DNA of 64,000 bases from Coriobacteriia bacterium (GTDB taxonomy: Bacteria > Actinomycetota > Coriobacteriia > Coriobacteriales > RUG033): NCBI GenBank assembly GCA_015655215.1, contig JAATFL010000002.1, positions 813-64,812 on the forward strand, read 5' to 3'. Under the pieces are notes generated by a model, which was given only the letters and a program-made list of their open reading frames with translations, ran no database searches and was not told the origin of the DNA. Positions 10,524 to 20,553 of this stretch are shown piece after piece. Made by a program: the position numbers and the translations under genes. Each line of letters starts with the position of its first letter. Within the stretch, counting starts at the first letter, position 1.

Positions 10524-11018
10524 ATGAAAAGGACGGCATTGCTGGGACTCGCTTGTGCTTTTGCTTTGGCGGCGGCGCTGACAACGGGCTGTGGGAACAC
10601 AAGGAGTTCGTCGGGCAACGACGAAGTGACGACGCAAAGTACAACATCCGCCTCAAGTTCCACGCAGAGCCAGTACGTGGTGACCATCGACACGTGCACC
10701 GCTGCGACCACCTATGACGGCAAGGCGGCCGTCTACGTGGACTACACGTTCACCAACAACAGCGAGAAGGCGACCGAACCCCTCGCCGCCGTGAGCTGTC
10801 AGGCATTCCAAAACGGCGTTCAGCTTGATACGGCCATCCTCGTGAACACCGAAGGGTATGACGGTTCCAACTCGATGAAGGAGATCAAGCCGGGTGCCAG
10901 CATCACCTACCAGCTGGCCTATGTGCTTGACGACGCCTCGCCCGTGTCGGTGGAGGTGAGCAACCTCTTCAGCCTAAGCGACGAGACCCTTGCCACGCAC
11001 GAGTTCGGCGTCGCCTAG
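10524..11018 (+). CDS. Lipoprotein, DUF5067-like
   Basis: Lipobox LTTGC, Ser/Thr-rich linker, VDYTFTNNS...AFQNGVQL...KEIKPGASITYQLAYVLDD pattern. Confidence 0.75.
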   Translation: MKRTALLGLACAFALAAALTTGCGNTRSSSGNDEVTTQSTTSASSSTQSQYVVTIDTCTAATTYDGKAAVYVDYTFTNNSEKATEPLAAVSCQAFQNGVQLDTAILVNTEGYDGSNSMKEIKPGASITYQLAYVLDDASPVSVEVSNLFSLSDETLATHEFGVA

Positions 11019-11045
11019 GGAATCTTCCCTCCTCAGAAGATGACG

Positions 11046-11083
11046 GAGTGGATGCCATCGTGAAACTCCGGTGGCATCCACTC
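11046..11083. terminator. Hairpin between convergent genes
   Basis: GAGTGGATGCCATCG-N8-CGGTGGCATCCACTC. Confidence 0.65.
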
Positions 11084-11085
11084 GA

Positions 11086-12855
11086 TCAAGCTTGGGCCGC
11101 GTACTGTCCAGCGAGGTATCCGTGCGTGATCCCAAACCCGTGGTTGAGCCCCGACATCGGTGTCTGGTAATAGGGTTGGAACCGTTGACCTGCGGTGGTG
11201 CCCGCAGCCCACAGTCCGGGGATGACGTTGCCGTCGGCGTCGACGCACTGGAGGTTACCATCGGTCAGCAAGCCGCTCATGGCCGTCAGGCCGGCACTAC
11301 CCTTGGCCTTCGTCGCAAAGAACGGGGCCGTATCGATGGGAAACAGTTTTTGGGGGTCCGTACCAAAATCGACGTCGTTCTTGGCTGCAGCCATCTCGTT
11401 GTAACGTGCCACGGTAGCTTTCAGTGCATCTGCCGGCACGTCGATCAACCGCGCAAGTTCATCAAGGGTGTTTGCTCCATAGGCAGTGCCATCGGTCTCG
11501 TTGAAGGCGTCTGCAAACTTCGCTCCCTCCGTCTTGCCCACCGATGACAACAGCGTATCGTGTATCGCTTCGATGTACTCATTGCCGGTGTATTTGGCAT
11601 CGTAGGGCGTATCGTTGACATCGAGGTTGCGGTGACCAACACCCTGATAGGGAAGGCGATCGCGCCAGTTCACGTCGAAGATCTCCCACACGAACTGACC
11701 TGGCTGGCCAAGGATGGCATCATGCTTCTGCCATATGCCCACGTCTTCGTTCCAGCAGCGCTCGCCGAGCCCATTGACCTCGAGTGCCACGGTTGCCCCG
11801 ATCAGAGAGTCACCTGCGCCCATGGTGGCCTCCGGGAAGGGCTCCATCTGCGCTCCGGCCCAAAGCGCCATGAGATGACCGTCCCCTGTGTTGCCGGCGA
11901 GCACCGCAGAGCCAGACGTGAACATGGGCTCCCAGTCCGGCTCGGCACCGTTGTAGTGCTCGTAGCGGGCAACTATCTCGGGGCAGTACAGTTTCATGAG
12001 AAGCTCAGCGCCCTGGCCGAAGAAGTTGGTCAAGCCGCCAGTGCACAGGATGACGCCTTTGCCCGCGTTGATCTTCAGGTACGTGCCATCGGCGTTCGCG
12101 GCGATAACGCCAGTCACCTTCCCGTTGTCGACGAGAAGCTCCCTCGCAACCGTCAGGAAGTGGAAATCGACTCCTTCCTTGGCAGCCAGGGCCTGATTGG
12201 CCTGAGCCGTCGCTATCCACGCCGCTCCACCTACTGGATTATTCGGGTCCTCTTTGAAATCCATCGTGCCGATGAACGTCTGTTCGAGATCACCTGCGCG
12301 GTCGTGCACGGACGAACGTGGCCAGTAGCAGATGGTCACATTGCCCATCACAGCGGTATCGTCCTCGACGGGTCTCGTCCACCAATCGAATACGTTGCCG
12401 CTGTTCTCGGTCCATAGGCGGATGAGCTTCATGTTGCCTCGTTGGCTGGAACGCCGCTGGTAGTCACGTACGAACGCCGCCGATTCCTCGTTGACTCCCG
12501 CTTCCCTGGCCAGCGTGCAGTTCAATGCACCGAATTGAAAGCCATGGACCTCGATCGTCTCCTTCTTCTCGAGGATGACCACCCGTGCCCCGGCTTCCGC
12601 GGCCGCACGGGCGGCCGCTATTCCCGAGATCCCGGCGCCGCATACGACCACGTTGCAATCGATGGTCTCGCCAATCTCGGAATCGGCGATTGCCGGAGGT
12701 GTACCGATGCCCTCTGGCTCCTGGTCCACCTCCGACGAAGTGGTGTTCTGCGCAGACGTGGAGCATCCGTTGAGCACGCTCGCCGCTGCAAGGACGGATC
12801 CGGCAGTCACTGCTCCCCTGAGAAAATCCCGTCGCGGAATCCCCGTGGTATCCAT
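11086..12855 (-). CDS. Tat-exported lipoprotein FAD-dependent oxidoreductase, FP-2
   Basis: SD AAAGGAG. MDTTGIPRRDFLRG Tat motif, lipobox VLNGC, VVCGAGISG FAD motif, IPGLWAAG. Confidence 0.9.
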   Translation of the reverse strand: MDTTGIPRRDFLRGAVTAGSVLAAASVLNGCSTSAQNTTSSEVDQEPEGIGTPPAIADSEIGETIDCNVVVCGAGISGIAAARAAAEAGARVVILEKKETIEVHGFQFGALNCTLAREAGVNEESAAFVRDYQRRSSQRGNMKLIRLWTENSGNVFDWWTRPVEDDTAVMGNVTICYWPRSSVHDRAGDLEQTFIGTMDFKEDPNNPVGGAAWIATAQANQALAAKEGVDFHFLTVARELLVDNGKVTGVIAANADGTYLKINAGKGVILCTGGLTNFFGQGAELLMKLYCPEIVARYEHYNGAEPDWEPMFTSGSAVLAGNTGDGHLMALWAGAQMEPFPEATMGAGDSLIGATVALEVNGLGERCWNEDVGIWQKHDAILGQPGQFVWEIFDVNWRDRLPYQGVGHRNLDVNDTPYDAKYTGNEYIEAIHDTLLSSVGKTEGAKFADAFNETDGTAYGANTLDELARLIDVPADALKATVARYNEMAAAKNDVDFGTDPQKLFPIDTAPFFATKAKGSAGLTAMSGLLTDGNLQCVDADGNVIPGLWAAGTTAGQRFQPYYQTPMSGLNHGFGITHGYLAGQYAAQA

Positions 12856-12972
12856 TGAAGCTCCTTTCGTAGGCACCCGTTGGTCAGATTGTTGTGCGGG
12901 TGCCCCAAACGTAGTGCAGAATCTCGCGCACCACTTCCTGCAAGGTAGGTGATTGCCACGTTTTTGGCGTAC

Positions 12973-12991
12973 ATCACTCACATTGGGTGAT
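12973..12991. promoter_or_regulatory. Candidate LuxR operator ATCAC-N9-GTGAT
   Basis: ATCACTCACATTGGGTGAT between the divergent FP-2 and LuxR-2. The same spacing recurs at other reductase promoters. Confidence 0.55.
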
Positions 12992-13083
12992 ACCGTTACT
13001 CATGGTGTTCCTGACCCTGCTCATGGCAAGTGGCAAAAGCTTGCTATGATTGCCAGCGCAGTGATACGTGGGAGGGGGTGCCT

Positions 13084-14574
13084 ATGGATAAAGCCTGGAA
13101 GCCGAATACGGTCAACGTGGGTCTATCGCTGTTCTTGCTATCCACCGTTTTCACGTTTTGGGGAGGTATCTACTCATATGCCGACGTTTTGGTGGATCCG
13201 GGCATTATCGTTTCAAGCTTTACCATACCGGAATGCACCAGCTTCATCGTGGTGACCATCGTTCTGGGAATCGCTTTTGGGCGGTATGGTAGGAAAGCGA
13301 TGCTTGCTGGTGCGGCCGTCTCGGGAATCTCCACCATCACGGGCATCATCATCATGTTCTTGGCCATCGAGGACGTCACGGGCCTTTCGGTGTTGCTGGC
13401 CGTCACGGGGGTGCTGTTTGGCGTGGGGAATGCCACTGCCTTCGTCGCGTGGGAGTACGTATTGGTCATCGAACGTCTCAAAAGGGCGAGGATCTTCTTC
13501 TTCGAGTCCCTGCTGTCATACCCTCTTGCCTATCTGCTGATACGCATGGTTCCCGTCTCGGCGGAGATGATGAGCTATATACTCGTGATCGCCGTTGGGG
13601 TATCGACCGCATTCCTTGTCTTTCAGACCCAGAGAGGGCCTACGGGACACGTTGAGAGACGGGAAGTTAAGGGAATACCCGTACAACATGTCATCATCGC
13701 ATTCCAAAAGAGCAAGAGCATGGTGTTCTGCATCGTCTGCATCACGCTCATCGCCGCCGTTACTCGCTGCATCGCCCTCGGAGATCACTCGGCTGCCAAA
13801 ACGGTTACCAACTATTCGATGCTGGGGGTCTCGATCATGGCCGCGATCTCCATCGTGCTCTGGAAGGTTGCAGGTAGGGAGATCGACTATTCCCTGATCT
13901 ACAAGGTTGCCTTTCCCGTACTCGCCACCGGGCTCCTGCTTCTGCCGATGATGGGGAGTGCATATCAAATCATCCTCACCACGGTAGCGTTCGCCCTTTT
14001 TTCCGTGTCCTCGCTGTTCGTCATGTATCAGAGTATCTGCCTCACCGATGACCACGGCGTCGAAGCGGTGATCTATTTCTCATTTCTGAACGGGGTGATC
14101 TATCTTGCTGTTGGAGTGGGGACCCTGCTCGGTAGCTATCTTCTGGCTATCGGTGACTTCAGCTTCTCGAGTTTGGCGATGGTGGCGCTGTTCCTCGTCT
14201 ACATACTCGTGATCGTCTCCACATCGGTTATCAACAGGCGTAAGGATGATGGTGAGATTGCGGGTGCATCAGGTGCATCGATGACAGGAGAGGTACCCGA
14301 GAGGATCACGGGGCAATGCATGGTTCTTTCGCGAAAGGCCAGGCTCTCCAAACGCGAATCAGAGATTTTGGAGCTTATCGCACGGGGAAGGGACGTCCCG
14401 TACATCGCAAAGGCTCTTTACATCTCGGAGAATACCGTCCGGACGCACAATAAGAGCATCTATCGTAAGATCGGCGTCCACAACCGGCAAGAGCTGTTAA
14501 GCGTTGTCGAGCAGACGATGCAAAACGGCACGCACGGTCAGCACGCCATGGGAAACGGCCATCTTGTTCCCTGA
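13084..14574 (+). CDS. Multi-transmembrane LuxR-family regulator (LuxR-2)
   Basis: About 12 TM segments plus LSKRESEILELIARGRDVPYIAKALYISENTVRTHNKSIYRKIGVHNRQEL. Confidence 0.92.
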   Translation: MDKAWKPNTVNVGLSLFLLSTVFTFWGGIYSYADVLVDPGIIVSSFTIPECTSFIVVTIVLGIAFGRYGRKAMLAGAAVSGISTITGIIIMFLAIEDVTGLSVLLAVTGVLFGVGNATAFVAWEYVLVIERLKRARIFFFESLLSYPLAYLLIRMVPVSAEMMSYILVIAVGVSTAFLVFQTQRGPTGHVERREVKGIPVQHVIIAFQKSKSMVFCIVCITLIAAVTRCIALGDHSAAKTVTNYSMLGVSIMAAISIVLWKVAGREIDYSLIYKVAFPVLATGLLLLPMMGSAYQIILTTVAFALFSVSSLFVMYQSICLTDDHGVEAVIYFSFLNGVIYLAVGVGTLLGSYLLAIGDFSFSSLAMVALFLVYILVIVSTSVINRRKDDGEIAGASGASMTGEVPERITGQCMVLSRKARLSKRESEILELIARGRDVPYIAKALYISENTVRTHNKSIYRKIGVHNRQELLSVVEQTMQNGTHGQHAMGNGHLVP

Positions 14575-14591
14575 AGGGGGATGGTACGGCC

Positions 14592-16181
14592 TCATCGTCG
14601 ATCTTCGGGTAAGGACAGAATGGAGTCGGTGTCGAACTCCTCGATGAGATTGACCAGCTCCTGCTTCTTGTGGATACCCAGCTTAGTGTAGATGCGCTTT
14701 GAATGCGTGCGGACGGTGTTTTCCGAGACGACCAGCTCCTCGGCGATCATCGGAACGCTATTGCTCCGTGCGATGAGTTCCATGACCTCGGTTTCACGGG
14801 CGGACAATCGGTAACGACGCTGGATGGCGGCACACTGCTTCGAGACTCGGTCGCGGTACCGCTGAGGTGACGGTTTGATGATCGGGGCTGGCAGCTCCAC
14901 CGGTACCGTCCCGTGCCTCTCGCGATTCTCCGTGGGAACCTGCAGGGCGATGAACTCGATGTCATTGGGATCCACCGCACCGGGCGCGCCGATCTGCTTG
15001 AACCCGCCTAGTCCGATGAAGTACATGAAACCGAGCAGGTAGAGAGCAACGAGGGAGAGTGTCGTGTTTTGCGCGATGCCCGCGATCGTGGTCTGTGAGA
15101 TGAGGGTTGCGCTCAGGTAGCCGAAGTCGTGCAGCATGTAAACGACGCCGCCGAAGAAGCCATAGATGAATACCGGGTTGATGCCCTGGTCGCGGGATGC
15201 CTGGGCGCACTGGATCATCATGAGCATGATGGCGCAGCTGAAGAATGCGTAGAGAAAGCCAGCGAACCAACTTGAAAAGGCATTGCCGAGCATGGGAATC
15301 AGCAGGAAGGCGGTGATGAGGAACGGGAAGAAGAACCGATAGACGGAGACGACGTTGATCTTCAGGTTCTTCACCTGCCAGAGGAGGAGTAGCGTCGCGG
15401 CTGCGAGAAACGATCCTCCCATCGACATGATATTGACGAGGGAACCTATTTGCGGATCGTCGATGGCAAGCGCTCGCATGATGCCGCAGCAAAATCCCAT
15501 CACACCCATCGAGAAGGCGCTTCGCCAATATGTGGTGATGACATGTCGATACACCTGCGGGTGCCGGCGGGGGATGTCTTCGAACATGGGCTGGTGGGAG
15601 TCGATTCCACGACTCTTCAACACGATGCACAATCCGAACAGGGGCAGAAAGACGGTTGGTATGAGATAGGTGGTCACGGCGCGTGGGATGATGTACAGCG
15701 ATAGGTAGATGACCGCGGAGTACAGCGTGCCCAGGATGAGGTCATGGTTCCCGGTGGTGGGGTCCTGGCTGGAGAACAGGCGCTGCCATAGCATGTAGAA
15801 TCCGGCTGACCCGGACCCAAGCAGAATGCCACCCGCAATCGTGAATGGCAGCGTCATGGTATTGATGTACATGGCGGCGATCAGGCAGACCCAGCCGAAG
15901 AGATAGGGCAAGCCGACACCGATGACGAGGAAGCGACGCGTCAGTCCTGGCAGAAAATAGACGCCAAGGGCGCTGGCGAAGAAGATGAACGTGAAGACAA
16001 GGGATTGGGAGAGGAAGAAGAAGAAGATGATCCGGGAAGTCTGAAACCCTATCGGCAAAAACGGGAATACGCCGCCCCAAACCCCTGTCGCGTTGATGGC
16101 AAGGAAAAGGGCGTAGCCGAGCGATGTCATGTTTGGTTTGAAGATGCGCATCAGGCTTTGCACGATCGATATCCTCTCCAC
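14592..16181 (-). CDS. Multi-transmembrane LuxR-family regulator (LuxR-3), divergent from the dms operon
   Basis: About 12 TM segments plus LSARETEVMELIARSNSVPMIAEELVVSENTVRTHSKRIYTKLGIHKKQEL. Exact start uncertain. Confidence 0.92.
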   Translation of the reverse strand: MERISIVQSLMRIFKPNMTSLGYALFLAINATGVWGGVFPFLPIGFQTSRIIFFFFLSQSLVFTFIFFASALGVYFLPGLTRRFLVIGVGLPYLFGWVCLIAAMYINTMTLPFTIAGGILLGSGSAGFYMLWQRLFSSQDPTTGNHDLILGTLYSAVIYLSLYIIPRAVTTYLIPTVFLPLFGLCIVLKSRGIDSHQPMFEDIPRRHPQVYRHVITTYWRSAFSMGVMGFCCGIMRALAIDDPQIGSLVNIMSMGGSFLAAATLLLLWQVKNLKINVVSVYRFFFPFLITAFLLIPMLGNAFSSWFAGFLYAFFSCAIMLMMIQCAQASRDQGINPVFIYGFFGGVVYMLHDFGYLSATLISQTTIAGIAQNTTLSLVALYLLGFMYFIGLGGFKQIGAPGAVDPNDIEFIALQVPTENRERHGTVPVELPAPIIKPSPQRYRDRVSKQCAAIQRRYRLSARETEVMELIARSNSVPMIAEELVVSENTVRTHSKRIYTKLGIHKKQELVNLIEEFDTDSILSLPEDRR

Positions 16182-16264
16182 ACGATCACGTACCTGACAG
16201 TATCATATATCGGATGACCGCTGGAAACTCCGCAATACCCTCGGGAGCATGGCCTTCCCAAAAA

Positions 16265-16309
16265 TCGCACGTTTCATGTGACAAGCCGGCGGTCGCATGT
16301 GACTATAGT
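16265..16309 (+). promoter_or_regulatory. Candidate dms promoter: TCGC-N9-GTGA operator plus -10 TATAGT
   Basis: TCGCACGTTTCATGTGA at 16265-81, second GTGA at 16299-302, TATAGT at 16304-09. Confidence 0.5.
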
Positions 16310-16419
16310 TTGCTGCTGCGAGGCGCAGGCGGCCAATCTCCCATGAAACATAACCTACCGTGAGGGAACGTACGCCGACGTGCGTCACGCATGGTGCAAG
16401 TCCGTGCATCTTGGAAGGA

Positions 16420-16455
16420 GAGAGGACAATATGTCGAGAGAGGACAATATGTCGA
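16420..16455 (+). repeat. Perfect 18-bp tandem duplication containing RBS and start codon
   Basis: GAGAGGACAATATGTCGA x2, giving in-frame ATGs at 16431 and 16449. Confidence 0.95.
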
Positions 16456-18860
16456 AAGGTACGTCAAGTATCAGTCGTCGCTCGTTTGTGAAGGCGATGG
16501 GGGCGCTTGGTGCCCTGGCCGCTGCCGGCGGCATCGTCTCGGTTGACTCCCTGTTCACCGGGGGCGTACCCGTGGCGTTGGCCGATAGCACGGAGCAAAC
16601 GACGTGGGGCCATTGCGCGATCAACTGCCCAGGGCGCTGTGCTCTGAAGTTCCATGTACAGGACGACGAGGTCGTCTGGGTCGACACCTACACGAGCAGC
16701 GACGCAGGGTTTGACGACCCCCAGCCACGGGCATGCCTTCGTGGTCGCTCGTATCGTCGCTGGCTCAACAGCCCCGATCGTATCAACTACCCGATGAAGC
16801 GGGTGGGCAACCGCGGGGAGGGGACATACGAGCGAATCTCATGGGACGAGGCCATCGAGACCGCGACCGACAAACTCGAGGAGGTTATCGGCACCTATGG
16901 CAACGAGGCCGTGTACATCCCGTATGCGACTGGTGTTTCCGCCACCACCGCCCGACCCTTCAACGCCCTGCTCAATCTGATCGGGGGGTATCTGAACTTC
17001 TACAACAGTTACTCGACCGCTCAGATATCGACCATCACCCCCTACGTATACGGTACGGCGCAGGCGGGGGGAAGTTCGTTCAAGACAGCCGAGGATGCCA
17101 AACTGGTGCTTGTGTTTGGCTCCAGCCCAACCGAGACCCGACAGGGTGGGCTGACGACCCACTACGATTGGGTCCATCTCCGCGAGCGCACCGGTGCGAA
17201 GATATACATGATCGACTATCGCATGAACGATTCGATTCTCGGTCACTCGGCGGAGTGGATCCCCATCAACCCCGGGACCGACGCTGCCCTCGTGGCTGGC
17301 ATCGGCCATTACCTGATCGAGCACGATCTCGTCAACCTCGACTTTCTCCACACCTATTGCGTCGGGTACGACGAAGAGAGCATGCCCGATGATTATCGGG
17401 GCAAGAACATGTCCTACCATGACTACATCATGGGAACCGGCTATGACATGATCGAGAAGACCCCCGATTGGGCTTCAAGGATCACCGGCATCCCGGCGGC
17501 GCGCATCGAGAGCCTTGCCGAGGAGATCGGCACCACCGCCCCGCTGTACGTGAACCAAGGGTGGGGACCACAGCGTCGTTCGAACGGTGAGTGGACCTCG
17601 TGGTCCATCATGGCTCTTCCGTGCCTCGTCGGGCAGATCGGTCTTCCGGGAACGAACAACGGCACGCGCGAGAACTCCGGAGGACCGACGCTGTCCTCGT
17701 TCCCCACGGGCACGAACCCGGTGAGCGCCTCCATCCCCTGCTTCCTGTTCACCGATGCCATCGACCATGCTACGGAGATGACATCGAAGAACGCCGGCGT
17801 CAAGGGTGTCGACAAGCTCAAGGTGGGTATCAAGTACATGATCAACTACGCCGGCAACTGCCTCACGAACCAGCATTCGCAGATCAACAAGGCGCACGAC
17901 ATCCTTTCCGACGACAGCAAGTGCGAGTTCATCCTGGGCATCAACACGGTCATGTGCGACTCGATGAAGTACTCCGACATCATCCTCCCCGACCTGTTCC
18001 GGTTCGAGCAGGTGTCTCAGATCTCAACCGGTGGTGATGTCGCGTATATGATCACCGGACAGCCCTGCACCACCCCGAAGTTCGAGCGCAAGAGCGCCTA
18101 CGAGATGGTCTCGCTCATGGCGGATCGCCTTGGCGTCAAAGACCAGTTCACGGGGGGAAAGACCGAGGAGGACTGGATCAAGAGTCTCTACGAGAATTCC
18201 CGTAGCAAAGATGCCACGCTTCCCACGTGGGATGAAGCGGTGGACATGGGGGTGTTCATCCAGCAGCATAGCCCGATCGTCTCCATGCAGAAATTCCGAA
18301 GCGATCCCGTGACGAACGCCCTCGAGACGACGTCCGGTAAGATCGAGCTCTTCTCGAAGAAGGTGCTCTCGTTCACCAACGGCTGGGAACTCGAAGAGGG
18401 TGATACCTTGCCCGGTCTCAGCACGGTTCCGCCCATTCCCGCATACATCCCGGAGTGGTATGGCATAGAGACGACCACCGACGAATACCCGCTTGTGCTT
18501 GGCGGTTTCCATTACCGCGGACGGCTCCACTCCTCATGGGGTGACATCGCCATCCTGAAGGATGCAAACCCCCAGGAAGCATGGATAAACCCCACCGATG
18601 CGACGTCACGCGGTATCGCCCAAGGCGATACGGTGCACGTGGAAAACGAGTTCGGCGAGATCGAGCTGCTTGCAAAGGTGACGCCGCGTGTCGTCCCCGG
18701 AGTCGTGGCCGTATCCCAAGGTGCGTGGCATGATGCGGATATGAACGGTGACCGTGTTGACAAGGGAGGAAGCATCAACACCCTCACGACCCAACGTCCT
18801 TCACCTCTTGCAAAAGGGAACCCGCAGCACACGAACATCTGCCAAGTCACCAGGGCTTGA
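16449..18860 (+). CDS. dmsA: DMSO reductase-family molybdopterin oxidoreductase catalytic subunit (DmsA/YnfE-like)
   Basis: Tat SRRSFVK, Fe-S motif CAINCPGRC...ACLRGRS, Ser-ligand region SYSTAQI, INPGTDAAL, C-terminal NTLTTQRPSPLAKGNPQHTN. Alternative start 16431. Confidence 0.93.
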   Translation: MSKGTSSISRRSFVKAMGALGALAAAGGIVSVDSLFTGGVPVALADSTEQTTWGHCAINCPGRCALKFHVQDDEVVWVDTYTSSDAGFDDPQPRACLRGRSYRRWLNSPDRINYPMKRVGNRGEGTYERISWDEAIETATDKLEEVIGTYGNEAVYIPYATGVSATTARPFNALLNLIGGYLNFYNSYSTAQISTITPYVYGTAQAGGSSFKTAEDAKLVLVFGSSPTETRQGGLTTHYDWVHLRERTGAKIYMIDYRMNDSILGHSAEWIPINPGTDAALVAGIGHYLIEHDLVNLDFLHTYCVGYDEESMPDDYRGKNMSYHDYIMGTGYDMIEKTPDWASRITGIPAARIESLAEEIGTTAPLYVNQGWGPQRRSNGEWTSWSIMALPCLVGQIGLPGTNNGTRENSGGPTLSSFPTGTNPVSASIPCFLFTDAIDHATEMTSKNAGVKGVDKLKVGIKYMINYAGNCLTNQHSQINKAHDILSDDSKCEFILGINTVMCDSMKYSDIILPDLFRFEQVSQISTGGDVAYMITGQPCTTPKFERKSAYEMVSLMADRLGVKDQFTGGKTEEDWIKSLYENSRSKDATLPTWDEAVDMGVFIQQHSPIVSMQKFRSDPVTNALETTSGKIELFSKKVLSFTNGWELEEGDTLPGLSTVPPIPAYIPEWYGIETTTDEYPLVLGGFHYRGRLHSSWGDIAILKDANPQEAWINPTDATSRGIAQGDTVHVENEFGEIELLAKVTPRVVPGVVAVSQGAWHDADMNGDRVDKGGSINTLTTQRPSPLAKGNPQHTNICQVTRA

Positions 18861-18885
18861 CGCAACAGGAAAGGGGAGGTAGAAG

Positions 18886-19509
18886 ATGGTCCAATACGCA
18901 TTCTATTTTGATGGCACTCGCTGTACTGGTTGCAAGACCTGCGAGTTGGCCTGCAAGGATTACAAGGACCTCGACGTGGGCTTCGCGTACAGAAAGGTCT
19001 ATGAGGTCACCTATGGTGACACGCAGAAGGATTCCAACGGTTGCGTCGTCTCGACATGTGGTGGCTATACGGTCTCGATGGCTTGCAACCATTGCTATGA
19101 ACCGGCATGCACGAAGGTGTGTCCCACCGGTGCGATGCACAAGGACGGAGAGACCGGTCTCGTGAGCGTCAACGTCGACCGGTGCGTCGGCTGTGGCTAC
19201 TGCCACATGGCATGTCCTTACGATGCGCCGAAGGTCGACCGCGCCAAGGGCCACTCCGTGAAGTGCGATGGCTGCGTCGAGCGTGTGACGAATGGGGAGA
19301 AGCCCGTATGCGTCGAAGCATGCCCCGCCCGTGCCCTCGATTTTGGCACGGTCGATCAGATAGCGGCACTCGGTGGGACACAGGCGAACATCGCCCCACT
19401 GCCCGTCCCCACCTACACGGATCCGAACTTCTACATCAAGCCTTCCGATGATGCTCAGCCTGTCGGGAGCGCCGACGGGAAAGCCGTCAATCCTTTGGAG
19501 GTGCTCTAG
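18886..19509 (+). CDS. dmsB: DMSO reductase Fe-S subunit B
   Basis: Four Cys groups: CTGCKTCELAC, CNHCYEPACTKVCP, CVGCGYCHMACP, KCDGC...CVEACP. Confidence 0.95.
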   Translation: MVQYAFYFDGTRCTGCKTCELACKDYKDLDVGFAYRKVYEVTYGDTQKDSNGCVVSTCGGYTVSMACNHCYEPACTKVCPTGAMHKDGETGLVSVNVDRCVGCGYCHMACPYDAPKVDRAKGHSVKCDGCVERVTNGEKPVCVEACPARALDFGTVDQIAALGGTQANIAPLPVPTYTDPNFYIKPSDDAQPVGSADGKAVNPLEVL

Positions 19510-19512
19510 GCG

Positions 19513-20367
19513 ATGGAACAGGCTATGGCAGAACTTCCCTTGATCTTCTTCACGACGTTGGCGCCCATCGGTTCCGGTGCTTTCATAGTCTTTGCGATGG
19601 CGTTCTTCACGATGAGGTTCTCCGATGAGCAGATGAAGAAGCTTGACAGGCTCACCGTCATCCCGCTCGTGGTTTTGGCGGTCGGGTTTGGAGCTTCATT
19701 TCTCCATCTCGCGACTCCTGCACATGCGATGAACGTGTTCACGAACCTTGGCAGCTCGCCGCTCTCCAACGAGATCTTCGTCGGCGTCGTCTTCTTCGCG
19801 TTGGCGGGCATCTATTGGATCGTGGCTCTGAGCGGAAAGCTCTCGCTCAACGCGCGCAAGGGCTTCATCGCCGTCGTGGCCATCGCCGCGATCGTGTTTT
19901 CCTGCTTCATCGGCGCTGCCTATATGATGGACACGATTCCCTCGTGGGACACGCCTTACAGCATCCTGGAGGTAGTCGGATTCTGCCTTTTGGGTGGCAG
20001 TCTGCTCGGCATGCTGGTGCTGGGTCTGGCTGGTTGTCTCGACGGGGCTCAACGTGGATTCAGGAAGATCGTGTTCGCGATCGCCCTTCTGGGTACCTTG
20101 CTGATGGTCTGCTCCCTCGTGGCCCATTTCACGATGGTCGGTTCCTTGAGCAACTCCCTGGTCGATGGCACATCCGTAACGGCCGAGGTCACGTCGTACT
20201 TGGTGTGTTCAGTGGTACTTGCCATCGTCGCCTTGGGTTTCGAGGGAGGGGCTTTGCTCAAGGGCACCTCGACCTCGCTCATGGCCATCGGACTCGTCCT
20301 CGCGGCGGTTGCCATCTTCATCGCTCGAATCGTCTTCTATGCGATGCAGATGTCGGTTGGCCTCTAG
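19513..20367 (+). CDS. dmsC: DmsC-family membrane anchor subunit
   Basis: ELPLIFFTTL, ASFLHLATP, SSPLSNEI, about 8 TM, RIVFY. Confidence 0.9.
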   Translation: MEQAMAELPLIFFTTLAPIGSGAFIVFAMAFFTMRFSDEQMKKLDRLTVIPLVVLAVGFGASFLHLATPAHAMNVFTNLGSSPLSNEIFVGVVFFALAGIYWIVALSGKLSLNARKGFIAVVAIAAIVFSCFIGAAYMMDTIPSWDTPYSILEVVGFCLLGGSLLGMLVLGLAGCLDGAQRGFRKIVFAIALLGTLLMVCSLVAHFTMVGSLSNSLVDGTSVTAEVTSYLVCSVVLAIVALGFEGGALLKGTSTSLMAIGLVLAAVAIFIARIVFYAMQMSVGL

Positions 20368-20384
20368 GAGAGGGATCGGCCACG

Positions 20385-20470
20385 CACGTGAACGTGACTC
20401 GGTGCCAGGGAACGGTGCCGGGTCACGTTCACGTGATGGTGATGGGAGGCTTTCCCGATCACCATCACGT
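20385..20470. other. Two long hairpins sharing 5 nt, between dmsC and dmsD
   Basis: Hairpin 1: CACGTGAACGTGACTCGG...CCGGGTCACGTTCACGTG (20385-435). Hairpin 2: ACGTGATGGTGATGGGA...TCCCGATCACCATCACGT (20431-470). Confidence 0.7.
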
Positions 20471-20553
20471 CTTGCCCGAGGTTATCAGCGTGTATTGACT
20501 CGGCATGCGCCTTACAATAGATTACGGGGTATGTCCCTTGACGAGGAGGGCGA

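Noticed and set aside
16310-16430. Moco/Tuco riboswitch upstream of dmsA (also checked aor and moeA leaders)
   Set aside because: I could not identify the conserved multi-stem pattern by eye. An Rfam cmscan would be needed to exclude it.
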